From: Lama glama
Lineage: Eukaryota
Direction of reading: 5' to 3'
Length of the DNA stretch: 64,000 nucleotides
Assembly (NCBI GenBank): GCA_028534125.1
Contig: CM052817.1
Coordinates: 92,010,001 to 92,074,000, forward strand
Position 1 is the stretch's first letter; every line of letters starts with the position of its first letter. This document shows, piece by piece, positions 26,288 to 38,234 of this stretch. The translations under genes and the position numbers were made by a program. The notes beneath the pieces are model-generated. The model was given only the letters and a program-made list of their open reading frames with translations. It searched no databases and had not been told where the DNA came from.

Positions 26288-26482
26288 GAGGCAGGATGGC
26301 GCAGTGGTGAAGAGTGCTGAGTATCTGCATTCAAAACCGCTCTGATGCTTACCAGCTCTGCGATCTTAGACAAGTCCCCTCATCTCTCCAGGTCTCAGTT
26401 TCCGTAAGTGTAAAGTGGGTATGAGGACAGTGCCCGTCACATAGGGCCATCAAGAGGGCGAAGTCATTTATACGTGAGAGCG
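26288..26482 (+). mobile_element. MIR SINE
   Basis: gaggcaggatggcgcagtggtgaagag...cttaccagctctgcgatcttagacaagtcccctcatctctccaggtctcagtttcc. Confidence 0.85.
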
Positions 26483-27811
26483 GTGTAAATGGTCACGTGT
26501 TGGCAAGGCACTGAGCATCAAATGAAAGGAAGTTTGCCTGCATTAAGCAGCGGTATGAGACTTTCAAAAATTTTCTTCAATTCTTATTTTAAAATCTTTG
26601 TAAGATGCATTAAATGACTTACCAGCTTTTGGAAATACAACTGCCTGAACATAAACAAATTGTTTTTTGATGCCTAATCATCTTCAATGGGTCTCAGAGT
26701 CATCACTACACACACTTCTCACAGTGTGGACTAATAATAATAATAATAACAAAACAACACCACTAGCATGGTACGGCACCCAAGTGTTTACAAAAAGCTT
26801 CTGTCCCTTTCACAAGAATCCTTTAAGGGAAGGCAGTCAGGCATCCTGAAGGAGGTAAGGCGAGGACGCAGAGTCCCCATGCTCTTGGCCGGGCTCTCCT
26901 ACTGCTTACCAAGTAGCCTCATGGGAGAGGGAGCTGAATACAGCCTGGTCCCTTGTCCCACCCTGGAAGCCAATTCCTTAAAAATGAACATCTGATGTAT
27001 GATAGTTTGGTTGTGATCTGACTTTGACAGAAATGGAGTAGGTTACCAAAAAATGTAAACCCTTAGTAATTTGTTGAGGCTTTACTGTCCAGTGTTCATA
27101 TATCTATAAATTCAACTATTCAGTAACTAAGCAAAGTTTTGTTTTGCTTTGGACTTGAAGGGGGAGTAATAAAGAAGGCATTACTCTTGTTTGATTGTTT
27201 TTGACTCCTGCTTTTTTAATTCCAGTAAATTTCACCTAATGATATCTAACCAAACCAAATCATGCATTGGTGGGGGCCACACATGGGTAGATGCAGGCAG
27301 AGTAATGTTCACAAACCCCACTGGAAGGCAATTTACCAGACAAAGGTCAAAAATGTGTTTAGTTGTCCAACAATATGAGTCAAGGAAGATCTAAGGTTAA
27401 ACCCTCAAGGATGGAATGTTCATGTTCCATGTGGCTGAAATCAATACAGTCCTTTTCAGACTAATGTTTGAACTCACAATCAAGGTTTTTCTCCCCGCTT
27501 TTTACCCAATAGCACAATTAATGGAATCATCACTTAATAAAATAGAGCTCTTTTTTTCTGTTTTTAAACTTTATTTAAATTGAGCCATACAGTATATATT
27601 TTAAATTCCTGGCCTCTTTCTTTTAAAATATAGCTCTTAAGAGACAAACCATGTCTTTACCTCTAGGAAATATATGGAAATCTCTCCCTTAAAATGCTAA
27701 TTGAACAATAAAGTTTAACACTAAATTGCTCCATCTAACACTGAGGGGTAAAGCTTAAGTTTACTTCCTTTCAGAACTGGCTGGTTTAGTTTTCCCCCTT
27801 ATTATCACCAC

Positions 27812-27902
27812 TTTTATTTTTTATTTTATTTTTAATTTTTAATTGAAGTATAGTTGATGTACAATGCTGTGTTAGTTTCAGGTGTACAGCAAAGTGATTC
27901 AG

Positions 27903-27939
<37 letters not shown>

Positions 27940-28120
27940 CTTTTTCAGATTCTTTTCCATTATAGGTTTTTGCAAGTTATTGACTGTAGTTCCTTGTGCT
28001 ATATGGCAGGACCTTGTTGTTTATCTATTTTGTATAGAGTAGTGTGTATCTGTTAATCCCAAACTCCTAATTTATCGCCCTCTTCGCCCTTTGGTAACCA
28101 TAAATTTGTCTTCTATGTCT
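27812..28120 (-). mobile_element. Cetartiodactyl-type L1 3' end containing (TA)14 at 27908-27936
   Basis: attgaagtatagttgat...gtttcaggtgtacagcaaagtgattcag...cccaaactcctaatttatc...ttggtaaccataa with a T-rich tail. Confidence 0.92.
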
Positions 28121-29071
28121 AAGCTGTTTACTTTTTTCTTAGAGTTTTTCCCTGCTGTATTTCTTACTGAGGAGCTCATAGAAGACCAAACAGCAGAGTC
28201 GAGAATGGATTAAGATGAACTTAAAGGAGAAACAAAGCACATCTCCAACAGGGAATGGCTTGCATAGGAAAGTGAGGATCGGGACATATTTCTTTTCTAA
28301 ATGGCTTATCATTGTCCCACAGCCTTATGCTGTTGATGGTATTTCTGCTTACACACCCTGCCACCCAAAATGTTCATTAAATACCAAGTGTGTGTGTTTC
28401 TCTCATGCATTTGAGGCCCATTCTGATATAGTACATGCTCATGTGAGGCAAGAGGAGGGTCTACCAGCTGACCATATCACAGGATGCACGACTGCCTTTC
28501 TGGATTCATAGGCAGCAGGTGGAAGCAGCAGTTGGGAGAGGGATGTAGGGAGAGACCTGTCACCCAATATGCAGGAACGTGCATATTTACTGGCGGCACC
28601 TGCACTGTCAGGGATACCACACGGAGGATGAAAGAGCTACAGTAATTTCAAACCTGTCCCTCTAGGAATGGCCATGCCACCGCCATGCCGCACGACGACC
28701 GTTTCAAGTTGGGTGCTGAGCTAGACCGCACCTCGGCCTCGACCCCTTTCACAGCTCGGTGCAGACTGCACAGTGCACCCTCAACTCCCAGCACAGCTAC
28801 AGGAGCAGGATCTCCTTGGGCAGAAGGAACAGAGATGATGAGAAGGAACGGATCCTGCTTCCTACCTCAAACACAGTGTGCTCTGAGCCGTCTTTTCTCA
28901 CTTTAAGGGAAATGTCCTTCCTTCCTATTTCGATTTAAGTCGTACAAGAACAATGTACTTAAAAGTTGTTAGGTTACAAATAAAATTACGCTTTCTTTTC
29001 TTTGTTTTCTAGGGTCCCCTAGAGTTGATCTCAACAATCAAACTCTTGGTGTGTATTTTAGAACATCTCTA

Positions 29072-29442
29072 AGTGGGGAGGGGGAGCTGGGGAGGGGTTT
29101 GTCAAAGCCTACAGAGTTTCAATATACAAGATAAGTAAGTTCTGGAGAACTTCTGTGCAACACAGGGCCTATAATGAACAATGCTGAATCGTGTACTTAG
29201 GTAAATTTGCAAGAGGGTAGCTCTTATGTTAAGTGTTCTTACCACAAAAGGAAAAAAAATCGATCTTTTAAAAAATAATTTAAAAGGGGCAAAAGGAAAG
29301 CTCTGGAGATGATGGAGAAGTTTATGGTCTTGACTGTGGTGATGGTCTCATGGCTGGACTCTTATTACCAAACTCAAGCTGCGGGTATGAAATACGTACA
29401 GCTTTTAGTATGTCGATCAGGCCTCAATAATGTAGTTTTAAA
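29072..29442 (+). mobile_element. L1 3' UTR (L1MA10/L1MB1-like)
   Basis: taagttctggaga...aagagggtagctcttatgttaagtgttcttaccac...ggagatgatgga...gtacagctttt...cctcaataa. Confidence 0.88.
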
Positions 29443-30794
29443 GGGAAAAAGCAAAGAAAACACCTGGAAGATGACAAGACCCAGGAGCACAAAAAGATAC
29501 ACCCTGGAATTACAGCCATTCTCCTGGGCTCCTCAATTCCACATTCCAACACGGGCTGAAACTGGCTTCAACCACAAGAATATCAGACCGATATTGTCAC
29601 AGGTTCCAAGGATCCCAAGCATAAGCTGACATCACCGTGGCCCTGCTTGAGGGGCGACGGAAATGGAAGCCATCGTGTTATTTCACTGGCATCTCTTACC
29701 CTGCTGCTGATTTTGTAACACAATTCAGCAGATTACCGGGAAAGTGAAGCACTAAGAACCCTGATTTTTCTTTCCCAGAATATCTCAAAAATCAAGGCTG
29801 TTTACAGTGAAGGATAAATGCCTTCTGACCCTCTGCTTTTAAAAAAAAGGACTAGGAAGTGAAAGAGAAGTTTCCTTACAAAGGTTTGCATGTGAATCCT
29901 CAACACATGATTATCTTTCCACTCTAAAGCCAGAGTTTGCACTTTAAACAGAGATTTCAATAAATTAATGCATTAGCTAAAAAGAAATGGGCTCAATTTA
30001 AATGACTAAGCAAGTGACCTGAATATTATTTCCTCTCAACATCCTGAGCAACATAAAAAGAAAATGAATACAGAAAGGAAGCTGAGTATTGCCCTACGTC
30101 TACAAGATCTCATCTAAGTGCAGTGTGTCTCCGTGTGACATGACTCATGGGGGGCCTGCAGCTTTGGTTCTGAACAAAGGATGCCCAGTTTCACTCAGCA
30201 CAAGGCCAACTAGGCTAGCTTCACAGCTAGCTAGGCATCCCAGCTATCCAGGTTTGAAGCATAAACAGAATCACACCCTCCTTCAACTGGACAAAGGCCC
30301 AGCATGCCTAGGGGTGACCCAAGGCACGTGTATCTCAAGGCAGGTCAAACTGTACTTTTCAGAAAACCATGTCGTTTAACCAACCCTCAGCAGGCACCCT
30401 GACTGGACATAATCTACAAGGGCCTTTTGTCTTAGGCAGTGCTGCTCTGCTGTCTGGGGCTCTCTGTGTGGGGATAATTGGTTTGGCTGTCCATTCCACC
30501 CATCAGGTGATAGAAAACTATCAATCAGGCTAAATGCAATGTGAGAGAAGTCTCTTTAGCCAATTAGTCAGTAATGAGAACATTAGCCACGATATCTTCT
30601 GCAGAGGGCACCTTAGCCATTCCACTGGAGTCTGGGAAGATGACAGTCTCTATGTGATTAATAAAGATCACAGGATGCTTCAGAAATTCTACATGGTGGA
30701 GAAGAAAATCAGAGAGCGATGCGCTGGGAAGTGCTAGATGTTTTTGGTACCATGAGCACTCTGTGCAAAGACACTAAAAACCAGAACCAAAAGA

Positions 30795-30905
30795 CTTCAG
30801 AGCTGGAAGTGACCTTGAAGATAATTTGATCCAACTCCCTCATTTTCTGGATAAGGCAGGGAACAAAATGACTCATCCAAGGTCACATAGCTGGCTGGCA
30901 GAGGT
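30795..30905 (-). mobile_element. MIR3-like SINE fragment
   Basis: agagctggaagtgaccttgaagataatttgatccaactccctcatttt...tccaaggtcacatagct. Confidence 0.75.
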
Positions 30906-31354
30906 GCACCTTCATTGGCTCTAAATGAAAAAACTAGAGGCTGTTGAAAACAAATAAACAAAAGACCATACATCCTACACCTACAAGGCTTCTGAGTTAC
31001 ATACAGAGAGAGAGACAGTCTTTTTTTTTTTTTAATTTGAGCTGACCCTCCTCCAGGTCATACAAAGGTGCAGTCAAGTCTTCCTTGCTGTCCTCCCCAC
31101 CCTATCCTGACAACCCGGGTAGAACTCACCTAGGGTAGAGACACACCTGTCCCACCACCCACAAACATCCTCCCAGGTGATGCAGGATGTCCCCAACCCT
31201 GATAACCCCGATATTTTTATATGTGTTTTGCCTCTACTGGGCACAGGATCTCGCATTCTACATCCCAGGCTTCCTAGGTGTTAAGCACAACGACTACCTA
31301 TGGCGTCTTGAGGAAGCACTTCGTGTATTTAGAGCAATGATTTCTAAGCTGTGC

Positions 31355-31545
31355 TGTCTGAGCCCATAGCGCCAGTTCTACCATTTACAAAATGTGTGGC
31401 CTTGGGCCAGCACAGCACTCCTTGGGCTGCAGTTTTTCCGCCTATAAAATGGGGATAATAATAATACCTACCCCTCAAGATTCAAGGAATTAGTCTCCAC
31501 AAAACACAGAGAACAGAAACGGGCACGTGCAAGCCCAGCTGTTAT
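31355..31545 (+). mobile_element. MIR SINE
   Basis: tgtgtggccttgggc...cagtttttccgcctataaaatggggataataataatacctacc. Confidence 0.8.
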
Positions 31546-32803
31546 TCGAGAAGGTGCTCTTGGGATGACAGCTGCAATGGCGGGGCTACCTCTGTATGCA
31601 CAGCCATGATGCTGCGGTAAATTGGGGTAAAAGGAAACAAAATTCCCAAATTCCAAAACGTCCTGAGGATGCGGTCTGAGGGAATGATGGAAAGGAGAGC
31701 TAGGTTCCAAAGGGAGAGCCGAGGTGAGGCTGGCAGAGCTGAGACAGTGGTCTGTGAAAGGTATCACTGAAGCTTTGGATGATGATGCCATCCATCCTGC
31801 CTGCCTCGTGGGATGCGCCCCAGTAGGGTTACGTGGACACAGTAGGGGGAAATCTGTGTGCCCACTGACTCCTGTAGCCCCCCAGCCAAGGCGTGATGTT
31901 CCAGGTGGCTGTGCATGGTAAGCTTTCCTCTCATGCACTCGAGGGGTCCAAGAGCTCAACCTGAGAGCTCCTTGGTCAGGACATCCCCATTCTTGGAGCC
32001 CCCAGGCCCTGATCCTGGGGGTGACATCACCTCTTCCATGAGGCTCCCCACACCTGTTCTTCCAACTGGCCCCTTGACCGGCACACGTCATGCCTCACTG
32101 TCACTGCTGGTTTACTTTAGGACTCCCCTACTCATTCCATTTCTCTATTTCCTACTCCCCAGGAATGCTTCCTGAACCCAAGGTCAGGCAGGAATTTGAC
32201 AAAAGGGCACCCTTAGTGGATTGTCCTGTTGCCACAGGCACCAAACAACAGGAGCCACCCTGATACGGAGTGCTCAATGTGCTGGCAGAAAATGCTTTTG
32301 AGACTTTTCTCTTTTAAGAACAAATTACTATCACCACTACAATCCTCCTCCCCCCCCAAAAAAAGGAGACACACATGCCAGCAAAGGCAAGTTCCTCTGC
32401 CACCGCTGGAGCAGGAGACAGACAACAAACACTCACACAGCTAAACAAGAGTATGAGGGAAATGAAGACCCAGGTGGACACACTCAGAAGACCACGATGT
32501 ACTTGGAGAACTGAAAGTTGAGGGTAGAAAAGGAAAAGGAGGCACGCTGCTTGACTTATGGCTCTTTCCTTTGATATAGTGTGAATATTGAGTCTCATAT
32601 GAGAAAAACAGAGGGAGAGGGAGAGGAAGGAAGACAGGAGGGGAAGAGGGGAGGAGAGAGGGATGCCTTTTCATTCTCATTTCTATTCCATCATAGTGTT
32701 GAGAGTGTCTCCAATCATTTGAATGAATAAGCTGTTATCTGGGTAGGAGACAGAGACAAAGAAATAGATCTTGAACTTAGAAGACACACCTCAAAACTTG
32801 CTG

Positions 32804-33155
32804 AATATCATATGATATCACTTATATGTAGAATCTTTAAAGAATGATACAAATGAACTTATTTATACAACAGAAAGAGACTCACAGACATAGAAAATGA
32901 ACTCATGGTTACCAAAGGGGAAAGGGGAGAAGAAGGGATAAATTAGGAGTTTGGGATTAGCAGATACACAGCACTATATATACAATAGATTAAAAAAACA
33001 AGGTCCTGCTGTAGAGCACAGGGAACTGTATTCAATATCTTGTAATAAACTATAATGAAAAAGAATATATAGGTATATGTATAACTGAATCACTTTGCTG
33101 TACATCAGAAACTAACACATCATTGTACATCAACTAAACTTCAAATTAAAAAAAA
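32804..33155 (+). mobile_element. Cetartiodactyl-type L1 3' end
   Basis: atatcatatgatatcacttatatgtagaatct...gactcacagacatagaaaa...ggataaattaggagtttgggattagcagatac...gaatcactttgctgtaca, ending in poly(A). Confidence 0.93.
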
Positions 33156-34444
33156 GCTTCCCAAAACTCCCCAGAGAGAGGTACTATTCATCGTGTGGTT
33201 CTCAACTACTATTAGAATTCACAAACAGAATTCATCTCTAGGCAGAAGATGAGGGTCCCTCCCACCTGAATGTGCACAATTAATGCAACCCTCTCCCTCC
33301 CTTATAAGGTTAATATGGTTGATATCCACTAATGTGTCCATCCTTCCATCCTCTAACCCTTGTGTACCACATTTTATCTAATATGATGTTCAACAGAAAT
33401 TTGAAACTCCAATGCATACCCCCTAAAAAAATCAACAATACATAGGGTAAAGTGCTTAACAGAAGGACATCACGATTTTATGAAAAATGCCAATGCTAAA
33501 TTACACACAGAGTAATTGCCAGATTTATGTCTTTCACGCTGACCTCATCTTGCCAGAGTATGGGAATCAGTGTCAGGAATGAACCCTTCGCTGATTTAAA
33601 TAGGATTCAAATATATATATTATGCATAATAGTCTTCTCCCACTACTACATAAACATAAAATATCACCCTCCTTCTATTCTGGAGACGTTATGACAATCT
33701 GAGCTAATGCATTTAATTCAACTCAACTCCCTGAGAGTACAGAACTACAATTACAATTTAGCAAGTGTTGGATCCGTTCTGCTTGTCTCTGAAATGCATT
33801 CTATAAAACTTTCATGGAATCACTGTGTCGTATGACACACTGTGAATATTTTTTCAATTTTTATATTCCTGACATTTAAAATAAGACTTAATTTTCCTTC
33901 CATAGGAGTTATTTAATGTCCAATAATATGCAAGCATTTCTATACAAATGTATACTGAGGCATCCTAATTTTAGAAAGGCACATTACACTGCTTTGGGAG
34001 CGAGTCTTGAAGCACCAACTATGAACGAGCGTAGTTATATACCCACCACTGGATACCCCACCTTCACTAGCCCAGGCTCCATGGAGTAGAGCAGAGGTGG
34101 GACAATGATCAAGAGAGGCAGGAAGAAAGAGAATATAAGAAATAGAAGAGAGGAAGAGGGAGCAAGCAAGTCAGGAGGCTCAACTTCAAAATTGGGGAGA
34201 TGGAATTAAATCCATCCCCACAAACTATCAGAGGCATGATCTCACCTCTAGCACTGATTAAGATGGGAGAACATTTTTAAAAAAACGATTTAGACTGATA
34301 AATGCAAAGAAAAAACAAACTAGGATTTAAACGGAATGCTGCAATTCCATCATCCGGAGAGGGTGAGTATTTCACGAGAGACCTCTAACTAGAGATCTTA
34401 GTGAGACCAGGTGCATAGTCATCTCTTGTTCATGAGATAAATAA

Positions 34445-34665
34445 ATAAAACAGCCAACCTTCATATGGGCTTACTAAGTGTAAGGCAATGTTCGGAGCAT
34501 GTATGAATTCACTGAATCCTCACAAAGCTCTGGGGAAGTGGGAACTATTATTATCCACATCTTACTAGTAAAAAGTAAGGAGTGCACCCAAATCGCACAG
34601 CCAGGAAATGGCAGAGCTGAGATTCAAATCCAGCAGTCTGATTCCAGACCCAGCACTATTAGCCA
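34445..34665 (-). mobile_element. MIR SINE
   Basis: aatcctcacaaagctc...actattattatccacat...atggcagagctgagattcaaatccagcagtctgattccaga. Confidence 0.85.
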
Positions 34666-36419
34666 TTTCATTAGGGAGTGAGTGAGCGAGGGAGTGAATG
34701 AATGAATGCAAAGTTATGCTGATTGTTTCTAACTTGTGGCTTTAAAGGCTGTTGACAGTTTGTGAGTACTGGGCAGAATTGCCTTCTAAACATGGGTCAC
34801 CAAAACCATGCTTCACACATGGCCCGACCCCCACTGCATCCCCATCCCAACCTAGTCTTCCCTTTTAAAAGGGGCAAAGTTGGAAGTAAGGCTGATGTCT
34901 CATTTGTCTGACCCCATCACATCAGGACCCTGCGACAAGGCAGTGCTGCACGCAAGAGTGACTGTGGGGCTTCCTGTGGGCCCCATGGTGCTTCCTGCTG
35001 GAGGAGAGAGATCAGTCCTGCAGTCCTGGTGCCCTGGTAACGTTCCAAGTGGGCACACACTTTATGTGAAGTCTGAAGTTTCAGTTAGTGGCAGGGTCTC
35101 CACTTCCTGTTCCAGGCTGTTGAGTAACAGCCTTGTACCTCACATCCCTGTGGTACCTACACTTGGGCGGTAAATGCCCTGAAAGGCTCAGACCCATGGC
35201 TGATAAAACAGGTCTCCCCTATGGGGCCAAAGAGACAGAGTCTTCAAATCCAGGACTGTCCCATGATGCTGCAGAGTACCAAACATGTGACAGTTTAAAT
35301 GCGACATGCATGTTTTATGAATGTTTTTCTCCCTTCCCCTCTGCTTCTCACCCTCTTTCCTTTATTTCTCAACTCTTCACTCCTGGAGGCAGAAGAGGAG
35401 ACATTTCTATATGCATTTATCTCAGGCTTCTTCAACTCTTAGATCCCAAACAGCACTCTTTTCCTCACCCAGCTTCCTTTTTGTTTTCCTACCTTTGAGA
35501 AATGTGCTGTTACAACAACCCTGATTTTTAGTTTAGAAGAACGCAGAGGAAGAGGCCCCAGAAAGCAATACTGTAATATTTTCCACGCAGTCATCTGGGG
35601 GATTTGTGACCATACAAAAATTTCTAGTGGTTTTGACATCCAACTTCCTTCCTTCCCCGAACTCTCTCCATCTCCACACATTCTGCCACATGTTTTGGAG
35701 CAAGTATTTGGACGAGTGAAGAATTTAAAAATGAGAAAAGTGAAAAATCCAACAACCACAATAATTTTTTTCTTTTAAAATGGCAGCACTGTAGCTGGAA
35801 CAGTTTCACAAGTATGCACCATAGATTTTAATCATATCAACTGTGCCCACCTAGAGTTAGCTCTTGGGAAAAGTCTAACAAAGACAACACTCTCAATCAG
35901 TTTAAAATAGTCTATTATGACAGGAAAGTACCTTGAAAATTGGTGAAGACTCATACATAGAACCAGCTTCCCCTCTAGGGAAAATCAGTGCATATAAATT
36001 CATTAGGGTAGTTAATTCTACCATGTAAGCAGCTCCTGACATCACTGCTAACACTTGGAAAAATAAGCAGCCTTATCGAATGAACAGACTGTAGACCCTA
36101 AATTGTAGACAGACTGAAGACAGTTGAGTTCTAATTATGCTCCTAATAAAAAGGGAATCATAATACATCATCTTTTTCCAGGGGGATGTTTTAAGAGTAA
36201 ATAAGACAAATGGGTAAAAATACTTTTAGTTCTTCTGCGAAAGTCACTACCTTAGTTCTATAAGAAAAACAAACAAACAAACGATTGGTGTGTTTTCCGA
36301 AGTTTCAATGAGGGCTATGGGCCCAAGATGTTTTAAAAGCGGAAAATTGTTAACACTGGAGATGTTGTCAAAATACACTTCCTTTTGGTTAAGAAAAGGA
36401 GAGAGGGAGGGCTAAAAGG

Positions 36420-36920
36420 GTGGAGTGGAAAGGAATTGTCATCAAAGCATTGTTAATATGAACTGAATTATATTACAATGGCGATACTTCAACATGGGGA
36501 ATGAAAATTGTTCCGTATTATCGTGGATTGACAATATGACAATCGTTCATTGAGAGTGGATGACAGCTGTAGCATTAGAGCTCAGTGCACAACACAAGAT
36601 GAATGAGCGTTACAAGTTCTTCCAGAATGGGCCCCTATTTCACAGCAGTTTGTATCAACCCAAAATAAATACATGCCAGTTTTTCACTATCTCAGCAAAT
36701 TTAGCATCTCTTGACAAACCAATGTGCTACCAGCGGCCTCACAGTGCCAGTGTCATGTCCTTGCTTAGTGGATTTGCAGCAGCTGTGAAATGTCAAGTCA
36801 AAATGCCACGAAAGATCTATACAGCGCCTTGGCAGAAGAAAGGGCAAGAAACGGCAAAATGCCTATGCACGGACAAGTGTGAACTGACGTCAAACTGTCT
36901 CCTGATCCGCAGGAACACGG
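36420..36920. promoter_or_regulatory. Candidate conserved enhancer
   Basis: Repeat-free block with ATCAAAG 36441-36447, CATTGTT 36448-36454, ACAATGG 36475-36481, TGACAGCTG 36561-36569 and TGACGTCA 36885-36892. Confidence 0.35.
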
Positions 36921-37129
36921 TTTCTGAACCTCTGTCTTGGAACCAGCCTCATTCCACTATACACAAGAGTCATCTGTGTGCCTCTCATACACCTAAAAAA
37001 ACTAACACCACGTATGTTCCTTGAAATTAACACACGTCAGAGGCCAAAGATATTTACATTATCTCCTTATATGCAATAGAAGTCATTCCTGCTTACTTAA
37101 AAAAAAAAAAGCAAGGGAAAAGCACAAAA

Positions 37130-37495
37130 ACCACTCATAATAATACCACTAAAAGATAAGCCCTGTTCACATTCATACATTAGTATCTCTCTTTCCAGTT
37201 ACAATGCATTTTTAAAAAGCAGAATCTGCTCTTTGTTTGGTTCCAATGCCTGCTCTTTAAAAACTTAGCAATCAATACTTTGTAACATTTTTTCCAATCT
37301 CATTAAATATTCTTCTAAAATATAATTTGAATGGTGACATGTACTCCATTTTCTACATATACTGTAACTTAACATAGCTAATTCCCTATTGCTGGACATT
37401 TAGGCTGTTTTCAAATTTTCAGTATGAAACATAATGCATCTATTATGTAATATTTGTATACTCCCTGACTAATTTCTTGGAATAAATTCATAAAA
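37130..37495 (-). mobile_element. Old L1 (L1ME4-like) 3' fragment
   Basis: attccctattgctggacatttaggctgttttcaaattttc...aatttcttggaataaattc. Confidence 0.75.
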
Positions 37496-37861
37496 ACCTC
37501 TACTGATTTTCTATGACCCTGACTGTGACAACACTCAAAGTGAACCTGGGGGCAGTCCTTAGGTGGGTGTCTAGAGCATAATTTACCCATCATAAGAGCC
37601 TCTGAAGTATTGGTAAGAGTAGTTGAAGAGGTATAAACAATGGTAAAGTTCTTCATTTTATGCTTCAAGACAACAGAACCACTTATCCCTTAATTGCTGC
37701 AGCTAAGCCTTCTAGAGTTAAGCAAAGCAATCTGTCTTGGTGGGTGAGGGAAAGAATACTACATATAAAAAGGAGGGGAATTATGTGAACAGTCTCTAAT
37801 CGCCCAAGCTCAATATTAAATGTAAATTTCCTCTAAAAAAACCTTTCACTGAATAAAAAAA

Positions 37862-38234
37862 TGTAAGCCATTTTCCAAATATTTCTAACTTGCTATCTTC
37901 CAGGCACACAGCAGAACTGCACTTCCTGGCTCTCATGTGGTTAGATGGGGTCATGTGACCAGTTCTGACCAATGAACTGTGAGCAGAATGCCAGGTACCA
38001 TTTCTGGGCAGGAACATTAAACTGCTGATGTTAGAACCCCCTCTTCCCTTTAGTACAACCACTGGTGTGAGATAGTGGCTAGTTTTGTCAGAATGAGTCC
38101 CTGAGTGAGGATGATAAGCAGTCCACCTCCCCCACCAACCCACAATAAACATGAGCAAGAATTAAGGTTGTGTTGTTTCATACCACTAAGATTTGTTACT
38201 ATTTCATCACCTTCCTTCTCTTGACAGATAAATA
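37862..38234 (+). mobile_element. MaLR solo LTR (MLT1I/J-like)
   Basis: ctgcacttcctggc...ggggtcatgtgaccagttctgaccaatgaactgtgagcagaa...atgagcaagaattaa...ccactaagattt. Confidence 0.85.

Noticed and set aside
28685..28906. 73-aa ORF with Kozak-like CCACCGCCATG
   Set aside because: No promoter, splice context or homology; the context arises from a small gccatgcc duplication.
31468..32091. 207-aa minus-strand ORF
   Set aside because: Non-ATG start, GC-rich stretch where stops are rare, ends in a MIR, no domain recognised; 31710-31960 may be a decayed LTR but I could not support a call.
36560..37024. 154-aa ORF (+)
   Set aside because: No recognisable homology or exon structure; better explained as a regulatory block.
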